Virus record (IMG/VR): IMGVR_UViG_3300031257_000001
Span: 40,327-104,326 of that record
Length of the DNA stretch: 64,000 bases
Origin: a virus
Direction: 5' to 3' (one strand)
In this document: positions 53,802 through 63,594 of the stretch, piece after piece
Numbering within the stretch: the first letter of the stretch is position 1
Layout of the letters: the number at the start of each line of letters is the position of its first letter
Notes under the pieces: generated by a model
Databases searched by the model: none
The model's input: only the letters and a program-made list of their open reading frames with translations
Told to the model about the DNA's origin: nothing
Position numbers and translations under genes: made by a program

Positions 53802-55683
53802 GTCCGTTGAGGCAGAGGACTTCTGTTGCTTCGAGCACATGAAGCTTGGCCTGTCCGATCGTGGCTTGGTGTGGCTTGGCGGAGTCAACCACGACTCCGA
53901 GGCAGCCGACTCCAACGGCTCCGGGAAGTCCACGGTGTTCAAGGCTCTGGGCTGGGGTTTGTTCGGCGAGACCATCGACAAGGACAATGGCGATGGCGTC
54001 ATCCGCGACGGCGCCAAGTGTGCTACGGTCTGCGTGGGGCTCGCCGGCGGTTGGACCGTCGTGCGCACCCGTCGCAAGGCACAGCCTCGCATCAAGCTCC
54101 TGCGTCCGGGTGGCAAGGAATTCAGCGGCGGGAAGGGCGAGATCCAGGAGCACATCACCGAGCTGGTCGGTATGGATTGGGACACATTCAGAAACACAAT
54201 CCTGTATGGGCAGGGCGACCACAAGCGCTTCTTGGCTTCCAAGGACGGCGACCGCAAGGACATCCTCCACAAGATTCTCCGAACGCGACGGTTCGCCAGC
54301 GCTCACGCAATCACCGCGGAGCGGAACCGCGTTGCCAAGCGCAAGTCTGCCGCGCACTTGGAGAAAGTCAGAACGCTAACCGCCCGGATTGAAGAGCACG
54401 ATCTGGACGATCTGAAGTCGCGAATCGACTCATGGGAGGAAGCTCGCCAGGAGCGCGTGAGGCGTGCCAAGCAGAAGGCACGCGAGCAGACCGCAGAGGC
54501 CAAGCGGATTGCCAGCGAGGCGCCTGACACATCCTCGCTGGAGACCCGCCTGTCCACGGCCACAACCCAGCACGACGCTGCCAAGAGGCTGGCAGACCAG
54601 GTTGAGGCGTTGGGTCGTGACCTCGATGCTGCTCGCGAGGCATTGGGCGATGATCGGGCGGCCCATCATGTTGAACGGTCCAAGTTGGAAGCGGCGAGGG
54701 CCGCGCTGGCGAAGCTGGAAGGCGCCGAACGGTGCCCAGTGTGTAACAGCAAATTGGCGGAGGGCGACGCTGCGAGACACGTGGGCGAGATTGAATCCAC
54801 CCGAGATGTGCTGGTGGCGAGCGCCAACGCACTCGCCGGGAGCGTTCGTGAGAGCGAGCTCAAGGCAGCAGGCATTGAAGAGCGGTATGACGAAGCCAAG
54901 CGCGCCGAACGGGAGATGTCACGCCTGGGCATCCTCAAGGTGCGGCTGAAGGCGGAGCTTGAGACCGCCAAGGCGACAGCGAAGTTGTCAAAGGCAGCCC
55001 GCGATGAGGCCAGGGCCGCGTTGGAGTCAGCTCGGGAGATAGCGGGCGAAGACAATCCATACAGCGAGCACCACGCGCGTGCCAAGGCCAAGGTTGACAA
55101 GTTCACGGCCCAGAAGGCTGATGAGCAGGGGAAGGCCGACGACATCGAGTGCGACCGCGCCCATTTGGAGTTCTGGGTCCGTGGATTCGGGCCCGCCGGG
55201 CTCCCCAGCTTCGTTCTGGATGTGGTGATGCCGATGCTCACAGAGCGCGCCAACCACTACCTCGATGCGCTCGCTGACGGCGACATCGCCATGATGTTCT
55301 CCACGCAGCGTGAGCTCAAGAGCGCGGCCGGCGAGTACAGGGATGAGATCAGCGTCACCTGGGAGATTGAAGGCGCCTCCGGGCATCCGCCCTCCGGAGG
55401 ACAGTCCAAGAAAATGGAGATTGCCACCGACCTGGCGTTGATGGATCTGGCCGCCGGCGAGTCACGCCCGGACCTCCTGCTGCTGGATGAAGTTTTCGAC
55501 GGCTTGGACGCAGAAGGCCGGACGCGAGTTGCCAAGCTGCTTCACAACTTGCGGAGTGTCCGTCGCACAATATTTGTCGTTAGCCATGACATTGGCGTTA
55601 GGGAACTTTTTGAGCGTTCCGTGGTCGCGGTGAAGCATGGTGGCGTTTCCATGTTGGTTGACGAGACCAGCAGTAAAAGTTAG
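53794..55683 (+). CDS. SbcC/Rad50-like SMC ATPase
   Basis: NGSGKS, Q-loop 'YGQG', coiled coil with CPVC zinc hook, SGGQ, LLLLDEVFDGLD, VVSH. Confidence 0.92.
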   Translation: MIESVEAEDFCCFEHMKLGLSDRGLVWLGGVNHDSEAADSNGSGKSTVFKALGWGLFGETIDKDNGDGVIRDGAKCATVCVGLAGGWTVVRTRRKAQPRIKLLRPGGKEFSGGKGEIQEHITELVGMDWDTFRNTILYGQGDHKRFLASKDGDRKDILHKILRTRRFASAHAITAERNRVAKRKSAAHLEKVRTLTARIEEHDLDDLKSRIDSWEEARQERVRRAKQKAREQTAEAKRIASEAPDTSSLETRLSTATTQHDAAKRLADQVEALGRDLDAAREALGDDRAAHHVERSKLEAARAALAKLEGAERCPVCNSKLAEGDAARHVGEIESTRDVLVASANALAGSVRESELKAAGIEERYDEAKRAEREMSRLGILKVRLKAELETAKATAKLSKAARDEARAALESAREIAGEDNPYSEHHARAKAKVDKFTAQKADEQGKADDIECDRAHLEFWVRGFGPAGLPSFVLDVVMPMLTERANHYLDALADGDIAMMFSTQRELKSAAGEYRDEISVTWEIEGASGHPPSGGQSKKMEIATDLALMDLAAGESRPDLLLLDEVFDGLDAEGRTRVAKLLHNLRSVRRTIFVVSHDIGVRELFERSVVAVKHGGVSMLVDETSSKS

Positions 55684-55685
55684 TC

Positions 55686-56321
55686 ATGGCATGGACGAAG
55701 GAGCAACGAGTAGCACAGGCTGCAAGGATGAGAGCGCGCATGGCGGACCCGGAGCAACGTAAGCGTCTGTCTGATTCCACTAGGAGGCGCATGGCGGACC
55801 CGGCGGCCAAGGAGCGTCTTTCAAAGTTCCAAAAATCGCGCCAGGCAATTCATGGCAATCCCATGAAAGACCGCAGCCGTCCTGATTTGGCAAAGTACAA
55901 TCGGGAGCGAGTTGGGACTGAAGCGTACCAGTCCACCAAGGAATTGGTCGCCAAGCACAACCGGGAGCGCGCGAAAGATCCTGATTTCATCGCAAGGTTG
56001 TCTGGTCCGAACAGCTATCTGTGGAGCGGAGGTGCAGATCCTGGTCGCGGATACTATGGAGCTGATTGGCGCAGAATCTCCAAGCGAATCATCGAGAGGG
56101 ACGGAGTCTGTTGTCGTCGTTGCAACTCCAGGGACCAATTGGCCGTTCATCACATCATTCCGTTTTCCGTGGTTATGTGCCACGATGACGCGAATTTGGT
56201 GACGCTCTGTCGTTCCTGCCATTCCACAGTTCATTGTGCCATCGCTGCTGCATTCAGCGCCGGAACAGCAGGCGACATATATAAGCTAATTCTTCAAAAG
56301 GTCTTGGAGGAAGTAGCATGA
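55686..56321 (+). CDS. free-standing HNH homing endonuclease with NUMOD3-like repeats
   Basis: 'RMADP' twice, 'ERDGVCCRRC...VHHIIP...NLVTLCRSCHS'. Confidence 0.85.
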   Translation: MAWTKEQRVAQAARMRARMADPEQRKRLSDSTRRRMADPAAKERLSKFQKSRQAIHGNPMKDRSRPDLAKYNRERVGTEAYQSTKELVAKHNRERAKDPDFIARLSGPNSYLWSGGADPGRGYYGADWRRISKRIIERDGVCCRRCNSRDQLAVHHIIPFSVVMCHDDANLVTLCRSCHSTVHCAIAAAFSAGTAGDIYKLILQKVLEEVA

Positions 56322-56521
56322 CGACGGAAGTGACACGGCAAATGCGGAGGGCAGGTGTGCTGTTCGTCCGCATCACGAAGTCTGTTGAGGGCGAGGACGG
56401 CGCGGCCGCCATGTCGGCAATTTGCTATGCGCTCATCGCGTGCGCCAAAGCCATCAGCGTCACCAAGGAGCAGGTCCACGACGCCATCGAAAAGTCGTGG
56501 GACATGAAGCTGGGAGGATGA
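56318..56521 (+). CDS. hypothetical protein
   Basis: GGAGG RBS; start and stop coupled to both neighbours. Confidence 0.55.
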   Translation: MTTEVTRQMRRAGVLFVRITKSVEGEDGAAAMSAICYALIACAKAISVTKEQVHDAIEKSWDMKLGG

Positions 56522-56976
56522 CTGCCGGAACTGTTTGCCCGAGGTGCGGTGGCGACCTCCAACGGGTGCTCAAGGTCGAGCACGGGATCAATTTGTTGAC
56601 CGTGGACGGCGAGGACCAGCGCAACGACCTCGGGACATCGAGCCGGATGATCCGGCCGATGACGATGCCTATTGGGATGGCCTGGAGGCAGGAATGGAGG
56701 ATGGCGATGGGACGTGTGGTGAAGATGATCACGGTTGAGATCACTCCTGATTGTGTCAAACAAGACAAGCCGGCGAAACTGGACGACTGGTACAGGAATG
56801 TGGCGAAGCCCATCGAGTCCGGGCTGGATACGCTTGATATCGGTCACGAACGCACCAAGCTAGAGTGGAGATTCAAGAAGCCCATCAAGCTGTACACAGC
56901 CAGGTCGCTTCATTGCGGAATGGGCGCGTTCATTGCCTCGCGCGTCAATTTGCTTCCGCTCGATGAGAGCTTGTGA
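56518..56976 (+). CDS. hypothetical protein (N-terminal CPRC)
   Basis: ATG overlaps the upstream TGA. Confidence 0.55.
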   Translation: MTAGTVCPRCGGDLQRVLKVEHGINLLTVDGEDQRNDLGTSSRMIRPMTMPIGMAWRQEWRMAMGRVVKMITVEITPDCVKQDKPAKLDDWYRNVAKPIESGLDTLDIGHERTKLEWRFKKPIKLYTARSLHCGMGAFIASRVNLLPLDESL

Positions 56977-56977
56977 G

Positions 56978-57226
56978 GTGAAATCCAAGCCCAAAACCGT
57001 TGGAGAGGTGCTTGGCGATCTCACGAAGCCCAAGGACGTGGAACCGCCCGATGGTCCGTGCTTGGTCCAAGCGCTGCTCTATGAGCTGATGCGTGACCAC
57101 GTTCCACCGGGGGTCATCGAAGGAATCATGTCACGCCAGGAGGAATACAGGGGCCAAGCGTTCGTGTACAGCAACAAGCACCTGGCGCGATATGCCATGG
57201 AGCTGGCGGAGCGTCTGAAGGGATAG
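56978..57226 (+). CDS. hypothetical protein
   Basis: Fills the gap; contains 'LLYELMRDHVPPG'. Confidence 0.5.
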   Translation: MKSKPKTVGEVLGDLTKPKDVEPPDGPCLVQALLYELMRDHVPPGVIEGIMSRQEEYRGQAFVYSNKHLARYAMELAERLKG

Positions 57227-57231
57227 GGCGG

Positions 57232-58038
57232 ATGAGAGTCCAAGGATGGGACATCAGTTTGAACCACGGGGCCGTGACGGAGCTCACCGACGGCGAGCTG
57301 ACCGGCTTCTGGTACTACACCGATGTGGCCGGGAGCGCCCTCCGCTCCGCGAAGCACGGGTTCAGGCTGGTGCTCCCGCCCAAGGGTGACCGACAGAGCA
57401 AGGCGATGATCCGGCTGGCGTGGGTGGAGAAGTGGTTGGACAAGATCACCCTCGTTCCCCGCCGGCCCGACTGCGTTGGAATTGAGGATTATGCCATCAG
57501 GGCGGAACAGGGCGCCCACTACCTCGGTGAGGTGGGAGGGGTGGCCCGGCTCCTGTGCTGGTTCCGCGGTGTGCGCTTCCGTCTCCACGATCCGATCAGC
57601 GCCAAGATGTTCGTGACGCATGACGGGACCGCGCAGAAGGACCTGGTGGAAGAGTGCGTGTTGGGGCGCTGGGGCAAGGACTTCTCCAAGTACAACCCGC
57701 CGTCGCCCAAGAACCCGAAGCACAAGCAGAGCCGGCGGACCTCCGAGGACCTGGCAGATGCCTATGGGCTGGCCAAGCTCGTGGAGACGGAAGCGCACAT
57801 CAGGACCGGGGAACTCACGCTGAAGGGCCTGGCACATGACCAGGAGCGCAAGGTGTTCAACCGGGTGACCAAGACGTACCCCACGAGCTTGCTCGACCGA
57901 GACTGGATTCACAATCCGTCAGGCGGGTTCGGTTCCCCGGACGCAGTGAAGATTCGTGTGGCCCGTTCGCTTTCGCGGGCCGTGGATGTTGGAAACGTGA
58001 AGATGGAGCGCTTCTTGCGCAGATTGTTGGGAGAGTGA
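57232..58038 (+). CDS. RuvC-like Holliday junction resolvase
   Basis: 'QGWDISLNHG', 'GIEDY', 'K.FVT..G.AQK', 'EDLADAY'. Confidence 0.8.
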   Translation: MRVQGWDISLNHGAVTELTDGELTGFWYYTDVAGSALRSAKHGFRLVLPPKGDRQSKAMIRLAWVEKWLDKITLVPRRPDCVGIEDYAIRAEQGAHYLGEVGGVARLLCWFRGVRFRLHDPISAKMFVTHDGTAQKDLVEECVLGRWGKDFSKYNPPSPKNPKHKQSRRTSEDLADAYGLAKLVETEAHIRTGELTLKGLAHDQERKVFNRVTKTYPTSLLDRDWIHNPSGGFGSPDAVKIRVARSLSRAVDVGNVKMERFLRRLLGE

Positions 58039-58039
58039 C

Positions 58040-58291
58040 ATGGAACAGGATGCTGACAGGATGGCAGAGGAGCTCAGCGATGCCATCGCCATCGGCGACT
58101 TCGAGCCGAGCGATTGGGAGGCTGAATTTGTAGACTCCATCACGGAGCAGCTTGCCGATGGCAAGACGCTGACCGAAACCCAGGTGGAGAAGCTCACCGA
58201 GGTGTACGAAAAAGCGCTGGGAAGCGACTGGTGCGCTGCTACGTCCAAACCCGCTTCTCATCCAGCACGCCGCATGGCATCCAGGCGTTGA
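58040..58291 (+). CDS. hypothetical protein
   Basis: 'SDWEAEFVDSI...LTETQVEKL..VY' small helical phage protein pattern. Confidence 0.6.
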   Translation: MEQDADRMAEELSDAIAIGDFEPSDWEAEFVDSITEQLADGKTLTETQVEKLTEVYEKALGSDWCAATSKPASHPARRMASRR

Positions 58292-58293
58292 AG

Positions 58294-58674
58294 ATGTACC
58301 ATCGCGCGGTGACGCTGGTGGAGCGGGTTCCGGTGGAACTGGGCGAACATGTGCGCTGTCATGAGCTTGCTCGTGCGGTCGGAAAGATCTTGGGGCTTCC
58401 ATATCAGGATGGAAGGTTTGAAGCCGTGGAGCACACATGGCTGTGGGCGCTCCCGGGTTGGGAGTTCAGAGCGGAAGGCAGGAATGATCCGGGCGCTCCG
58501 CCGCCTGTTCTCGATGTGTACGTGCCGGGCGCCCTTCCACAGGTCCAGCTCGTGGATTGGGAGCATTGGGGGCTGCCATACAAGCGCATCTACGTGCCAG
58601 GCCCGGAGCGCGACGACATCGACATGGCATTGGTCAGGACACTGGTTGGAGAGATGGTGCCACATGAGGGCTGA
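58294..58674 (+). CDS. hypothetical protein with a possible Cys-His-Asp triad
   Basis: 'RCHELARAV...EHTWL...VLDVY'. Confidence 0.55.
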   Translation: MYHRAVTLVERVPVELGEHVRCHELARAVGKILGLPYQDGRFEAVEHTWLWALPGWEFRAEGRNDPGAPPPVLDVYVPGALPQVQLVDWEHWGLPYKRIYVPGPERDDIDMALVRTLVGEMVPHEG

Positions 58675-58855
58675 AACAAGGCGTTTGCTGTCAGAAGCAG
58701 CCAAAGCGTCGTTTGCCTCCGGACGTATCAATCCCATGAAGGGGGTGAAACGTACCGATTTGAGCGACAGGATCAAGTCGAGTCTGGCCAAGGAGACACG
58801 TTGGCGTCTCATCCGAATCAAAACTTGCACAATGGGAGCATTCCATGCGCGCTGA
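58664..58855 (+). pseudogene. possible remnant of a NUMOD3-type homing endonuclease N-terminus
   Basis: 'ETRRLLSEAAK...NPMKGVKRTDL' resembles 'NPMKDRSRPDL' in the 55686 HNH; no nuclease domain follows. Confidence 0.4.
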
Positions 58856-59786
58856 TGTCTTGGTTCTTGATGGTAGGCATTTGCTGTACAGGACCTCCGA
58901 TGCGTTCCGTGATCTTCAAGCGGAGGTGGACGGCAAAGTCATTGCCACCGGCGGCATCTATGGATTCTTGTCGGTGGCGCTTCGCGTTCACAACCGCTAT
59001 GGCGGCAGGACGTTCGTGGCGTGGGAGGGTCGGACCAACTTCAGGCTGAAGCTGTATCCATCGTACAAGAGGCGCGATGAAAGGCGCTCAGACGATGACC
59101 TGGATCTCATCAAGGAGATGGCCGTCCAAGAGCAACTGCTCATCGAGCTGCTCAGCGTCATGGGCGTGAGGCAGTTCCGCGGCGTGGACTACGAGGCTGA
59201 CGATGTCATTGGGACCATCGCCAAGTCGTACACGACCAAGCGCGGAATCGGCGCCCCTGCCAACGTGGTCATCTACACCGGCGACAGTGACCTGCGTCAG
59301 CTGGTAGGCAACAAAGTGAGCGTGGTGGCGCCCACTACGCAAGGCAAGAACCGCGGACAGGATGTCATCTATGACGTTGCCAAGGTGGAGGAGCGCCATG
59401 GTGTCCCTCCGTGGTTGCTGGCGCAATTGAAGGCGTTGGCTGGCGACTCTTCAGACAACATCCCGGGCGTCCCTGGAGTGGGGCCCAAGACGGCGGCCGC
59501 GTTGCTTCAACACTACAGAACGTTGCGCAGAGTGCTGAAGGGCGCTTTCGAGGATGACGACCGCGAATGGCCTGCCACGCCGCGCATCCGCCGGCTTGTC
59601 AAACAGCATGTCCGCGACGTGGTGCTGTACCACAAGTTGACCAAAATCAGAACCGACGCGGCCACTGACATGATCCCCACTTCCAGGGGGCAGAACGATG
59701 TGGTGCGGCTCCTGACATTGTACAAGTTCCGCACGCTGTGCGGTCCGGCTGAATTGCACGGACTAATGCGCATGGGAGTTCATTGA
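58845..59786 (+). CDS. 5'-3' exonuclease / flap endonuclease (PolA N-terminal-like)
   Basis: 'LDG..LLYR', 'YPSYK', 'YEADDVIGT', 'TGDSDL.QL', 'LAGDSSDNIPGVPGVGPKTA'. Confidence 0.93.
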   Translation: MRADVLVLDGRHLLYRTSDAFRDLQAEVDGKVIATGGIYGFLSVALRVHNRYGGRTFVAWEGRTNFRLKLYPSYKRRDERRSDDDLDLIKEMAVQEQLLIELLSVMGVRQFRGVDYEADDVIGTIAKSYTTKRGIGAPANVVIYTGDSDLRQLVGNKVSVVAPTTQGKNRGQDVIYDVAKVEERHGVPPWLLAQLKALAGDSSDNIPGVPGVGPKTAAALLQHYRTLRRVLKGAFEDDDREWPATPRIRRLVKQHVRDVVLYHKLTKIRTDAATDMIPTSRGQNDVVRLLTLYKFRTLCGPAELHGLMRMGVH

Positions 59787-59804
59787 CGTGAATTTGGTGT
59801 ATCG

Positions 59805-60380
59805 ATGACACGACGGCTCCGACTCATCGACAGGCTGACGGCGGGTTGGGGTGACTGTCACCGGTGCCCTCTTCATGAGCGTCGCAACTCCGTTGTACAT
59901 TGGAGGGGGAATCCGGATGCACACCTGCTCTTGATCGGCGAGGCGCCCGGCGCCGATGAAGATCGTGAGGGCCGTCCATTCGTGGGTCGTGCTGGCAAGC
60001 TATTGGATGAGCTGCTGGCGGAGGCAGGGATGGACCCAGGAGAGGACATCGTCATCACAAACACACTCTCGTGCCGGCCTCCTGGCAACCGGACGCCGCA
60101 ACGTGAGGAACTCAAGGCGTGTCGGCCTCGGTTGGAGATGTTCATCCGAATCGTCAATCCAGGGGCGATTGTCCTGCTTGGCGCCACCGCTGCCAAGCTC
60201 GCCGGGGTTCATTCGGTGTACAGCCACCGAGGTTCTGAATGCGAGGTGGAGGTGGGTGATCTCATCATCCCTGCGGTCCCGACGTTCCACCCATCTTTCC
60301 TTCTGCGTACGCATGACCGTGAACACAGAAGCAACGTGATTAATGACTTGAAACTAGCCGGACGGTTGGCGGACCAATAG
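59805..60380 (+). CDS. family-4 uracil-DNA glycosylase (Fe-S)
   Basis: CHRCPL, 'IGEAPG', 'RPFVG.AG', 'CRPPGNR', 'HPSFLLR'. Confidence 0.92.
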   Translation: MTRRLRLIDRLTAGWGDCHRCPLHERRNSVVHWRGNPDAHLLLIGEAPGADEDREGRPFVGRAGKLLDELLAEAGMDPGEDIVITNTLSCRPPGNRTPQREELKACRPRLEMFIRIVNPGAIVLLGATAAKLAGVHSVYSHRGSECEVEVGDLIIPAVPTFHPSFLLRTHDREHRSNVINDLKLAGRLADQ

Positions 60381-60397
60381 ACTTGGAGGATCAATCA

Positions 60398-60652
60398 GTG
60401 GCCTTGCTCGACAACTTCATGTTCAAGCCGCGGCCTGGCGTGCCGTTCCTAACCCCTGCGGAAAAGGTGTTGTTCCAGAGACTCCGCCGTGGCGGAGCGC
60501 TGTCTGTGTTTCGCTGTGTGGCGTGCGAGCATTGCAAGACTGAGATCCCAAAACCCAAACGCTTCTGCAGTGAGCGTTGTTTCAAGATCTGGACTGCGGC
60601 CCACACTATCGCGGATGCCATTCACGATGGACTCAATGGAGAAGATGAATGA
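60398..60652 (+). CDS. small Zn-finger hypothetical protein
   Basis: CEHC...FCSERC; GGAGG before GTG. Confidence 0.55.
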   Translation: MALLDNFMFKPRPGVPFLTPAEKVLFQRLRRGGALSVFRCVACEHCKTEIPKPKRFCSERCFKIWTAAHTIADAIHDGLNGEDE

Positions 60653-60909
60653 AACGTAACCATGGAGCGTGGATTGACGCGCTGTACATTGCGGTGGGCA
60701 AGAACGTTCACCTGGAGACATCGGACGGCGTGATCAGGGAGGGGCGCATGACGGGGCTCCGGACCAAGGACATCAATTTCAACGGGAAGCCGCAGTCCAT
60801 CATCACCGAGGTGGAGCTCAACGGCGACCCGACAGACACCATCCCGCTTTCCATCCTGTCAACTATCGCCATTGACAATCCGAACCGATGGCATGGAGGA
60901 AACTCGTGA
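60649..60909 (+). CDS. small hypothetical protein (Sm/SH3-like beta pattern)
   Basis: 'VGKNVHLETSDG..REGRMTG'. Confidence 0.55.
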   Translation: MKRNHGAWIDALYIAVGKNVHLETSDGVIREGRMTGLRTKDINFNGKPQSIITEVELNGDPTDTIPLSILSTIAIDNPNRWHGGNS

Positions 60910-61394
60910 AACACCCGCCTCATCCCAAGTGTCCGACTTGCGGCCGGGCGATGTACAAGAGCCCCACGAAGGGTGCCAAGGTGCGCAAGGCTGATCCTTG
61001 GGCCTTCTGCCGCAACGAAACGTGCCAGAAGTGCGGTGTGGACCAAGCCTTGGAGGGCCCGAAGTTGACGCCAGGCGTTGCCAAGGAGATGGAGCGACGG
61101 GTGGCTGCCCCGGCTCCGGCTTCTGACAAGCCACGCGCCAAGGGCCGTCGGAAGCTCAAGCGCCGTTCGGTCCCTTCCGCCGGAGTGCCGCCCACCAAGG
61201 CCGAGCCAGAGACCATCAGGAAGGCGCGTGCTCGAATCCGGATCATCGTCCAGTCGGTCGTCAAGGACAAGGAGCGGAGCGCGGTCCAGCTCGTGCTCGC
61301 CATGATGAACCAGGAGACGGGGAACACGCAGGCGGCCAACTTGATCATCTCCGAATACAAGTTGGATGAGCTGTTCGGCCTCAAGCGATTCTGA
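60906..61394 (+). CDS. basic Zn-ribbon hypothetical protein
   Basis: CPTC...CRNETC; GGAGG before GTG. Confidence 0.6.
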   Translation: MKHPPHPKCPTCGRAMYKSPTKGAKVRKADPWAFCRNETCQKCGVDQALEGPKLTPGVAKEMERRVAAPAPASDKPRAKGRRKLKRRSVPSAGVPPTKAEPETIRKARARIRIIVQSVVKDKERSAVQLVLAMMNQETGNTQAANLIISEYKLDELFGLKRF

Positions 61395-61480
61395 CTTGCG
61401 AGGCTTGTCCGTGGTGGCTGGATACGACACCCGGGCAGCCTCCCACTATTATGCCATATTTGTTGCGTGCGGAGGTAATC

Positions 61481-61912
61481 ATGGGATGTATTTTTGTGGT
61501 GTGTTTTTTGCTAGTGTCTGCTTGTTCGTCTCCGCAAGAACGCTTCAGGCAGTGGCATGCTGAACAAGCTGAGAAGCGTGCCAAGGAACGTGCTGGGTGG
61601 TTTGCTGAATCTTGTCGACGGGCGGCTGCGCGTGGAGAGTTGCAAGCATGCCATTGTGCCAAATCATGTCTTCATGATCGGAAGTCCCAGGCGTGTCAGC
61701 ATGATGTGACTGTCTGCAAGGAGCACCATTGGGAGATGGCAAGGGAAGGGATGAAGCAGCGTCCAACGACGACTATCTGTTGGTCGTGCGACAAAGTCGT
61801 GCAGACACGGAGTGATTTCGAGTCCACCATCGCCATCGACGATTCCGCAGGTGGCGTGGGCGGTGCTGAGGATTTGGCAGGTGGCGTGGGTGGAGCCGGC
61901 GGCAGCGAGTAG
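61481..61912 (+). CDS. putative Cys-rich lipoprotein with Gly-rich tail
   Basis: GGAGG RBS; lipobox 'LVSAC'; tail AGGVGGA repeated twice. Confidence 0.55.
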   Translation: MGCIFVVCFLLVSACSSPQERFRQWHAEQAEKRAKERAGWFAESCRRAAARGELQACHCAKSCLHDRKSQACQHDVTVCKEHHWEMAREGMKQRPTTTICWSCDKVVQTRSDFESTIAIDDSAGGVGGAEDLAGGVGGAGGSE

Positions 61913-61952
61913 CGCAAAACATCCACGATTGAAAAAAAGTTCCATCCAAGCC

Positions 61953-61991
61953 AAAAAAGTTCTTGCCTGGTGGATGTGTACAGGTTATATT
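61953..61991 (+). promoter_or_regulatory. sigma70-like promoter, probably giving a leaderless mRNA
   Basis: AAAAAAGTTC-TTGCCT-17 bp-TATATT, then 7 nt to ATG 61999 with no SD. Confidence 0.7.
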
Positions 61992-61998
61992 CCCTTAC

Positions 61999-62226
61999 AT
62001 GACGAACACAACCTTCAAGAACGGCGACACGGTTGGGACAATCTCTAGCAGGTACAGCTTCCTGGGGGTGGTCACCAAGGCGACCAAGAATGAGGTCCAT
62101 GTTCGCATCGAGGACATCGACGGCCTCAACTACCTGACCGAGGGCGCCACCCGCGTTTTCACGCTTCGCGCCTCCGGCCACTACGTCATGAAGGGCCACA
62201 CGGTCCTGACCATCCACGCGCAATAA
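61999..62226 (+). CDS. small hypothetical early protein (SH3/KOW-like)
   Basis: 'FKNGDTV...GVVTK.TKN.V.V'. Confidence 0.65.
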   Translation: MTNTTFKNGDTVGTISSRYSFLGVVTKATKNEVHVRIEDIDGLNYLTEGATRVFTLRASGHYVMKGHTVLTIHAQ

Positions 62227-62247
62227 GCCGAAACCTGGAGCAAGACC

Positions 62248-63216
62248 ATGGCAAGCATTAAGAACAGCTATCTCATGTGGATTGGAAGCGCGGACTACAG
62301 CACCGTTGACGACTGGGTTGACGAGGCGACCGAGATGGGCGTGTCCAAGCGGCTCCCGAGCATCACGGCCGGGAAGGCCATGCTGGAAAGGGGCACGGTC
62401 ATCTTCGTGGCCCATGACGAGGGCGAGCATGTCACCTGCGAGCACTGCCAGGGCGAGGTGGAGTGCCCCGACTGCCGCAAGCGGTCCGAACAGATTGCCA
62501 ACATCCAGAGCGAGGTGGCCAAGCTCCGCGCTCCGTTCATTGACTTCGACAGCGAGGCCCCGGCCGGCAAGAAGCGCTCCGTCAAGCTCCGCGAGGACAA
62601 GATCACGCAGATCAACGACGCCATCGCCGATTGCGCCGAGTGCGCCGGCGAGGGAACCTACACCACGGGAACGGGCGGGCACGTGGTCCTCAACGACGGA
62701 AGCGTGTGGGACTATCGCCGCTATATGTACTGGCGGAATCAGCCCAAGAAATGGGACTACACCACCGAGGTAGCAGAGACCCACATGTGCGAGGAGTGCG
62801 GCGGGTTCGGGCACCTCCCGGCGGGCTGCGTGTTCGGGTGTTTCATCCCGGACCGCGTGGAGTACATCCTCACAGGCGAGGAAACTGAGGAAGTCAGAGC
62901 AGAGATGGGGAAAGTGCACCTGGTCACCCGAACCCAACTGTCCACAGAGCAGAAGCGCAAGTGCGGCTATCGGCACCCCGGCGGGACCTATGTGGTCACC
63001 ACCAAGCGTGGCGCTCCCAAGACCGCCGAGAAGGTGGTTGCAGACCTCGTGGAAGCCGGCATCATCACCCCGAAGGGCGCTGAGATCCAGGGCTCGTTCA
63101 TCAAGTTCACCAACCCCGTTGAGATCGATGAAAAGCGGTTCCGCGGGATCAAGCGGTGGCATCTCAGCGCCGCTCTGGAAGTTGAAGCAGACATCGCCAT
63201 CGATGACGAGGACTGA
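62248..63216 (+). CDS. hypothetical protein with DnaJ-type CxxCxG zinc motifs
   Basis: CEHCQG, CPDC, CAECAGEG, CEECGGFG; GGAG RBS. Confidence 0.75.
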   Translation: MASIKNSYLMWIGSADYSTVDDWVDEATEMGVSKRLPSITAGKAMLERGTVIFVAHDEGEHVTCEHCQGEVECPDCRKRSEQIANIQSEVAKLRAPFIDFDSEAPAGKKRSVKLREDKITQINDAIADCAECAGEGTYTTGTGGHVVLNDGSVWDYRRYMYWRNQPKKWDYTTEVAETHMCEECGGFGHLPAGCVFGCFIPDRVEYILTGEETEEVRAEMGKVHLVTRTQLSTEQKRKCGYRHPGGTYVVTTKRGAPKTAEKVVADLVEAGIITPKGAEIQGSFIKFTNPVEIDEKRFRGIKRWHLSAALEVEADIAIDDED

Positions 63217-63219
63217 TCG

Positions 63220-63594
63220 GTGGTAAACCGGCGAGGAACGAGTGTGGCGCGGAACGGGAGCAAGTGGCTGCGTCCCGAGAAGCGCCACGCCATCTATCAC
63301 CGAGATGGCCATTGCTGCTCCTATTGCGGGGTGGGTGTTGAAGAGGGCGCCCACCTCACGCTCGACCATGTGATCAGCTCCGGCCCCAACGACCATTCCA
63401 ACCTGATCACGGCCTGCTTCAGTTGCAACAGCGCGAAGCAGGACCTTACCACCCGCTCTTGGTTCGCACGGCTCCGGGCCAGAGGGTTCAACACCAGCAA
63501 GATCGGCCGCCGCATCCGACGGCAGCTGTCCAAGCCGCTCAACATGAAGGAAGGTCGTCGGATCGTCGCCCTCCGACGGGAGATCAGCAAATGA
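63220..63594 (+). CDS. HNH endonuclease
   Basis: 'RDGHCCSYCG...LTLDHV...NLITACFSCNSAK'. Confidence 0.88.
   Translation: MVNRRGTSVARNGSKWLRPEKRHAIYHRDGHCCSYCGVGVEEGAHLTLDHVISSGPNDHSNLITACFSCNSAKQDLTTRSWFARLRARGFNTSKIGRRIRRQLSKPLNMKEGRRIVALRREISK

Noticed and set aside
61696-63396. 566-aa minus-strand ORF
   Set aside because: Antisense to several well-formed + strand genes and a promoter; no recognisable domain.
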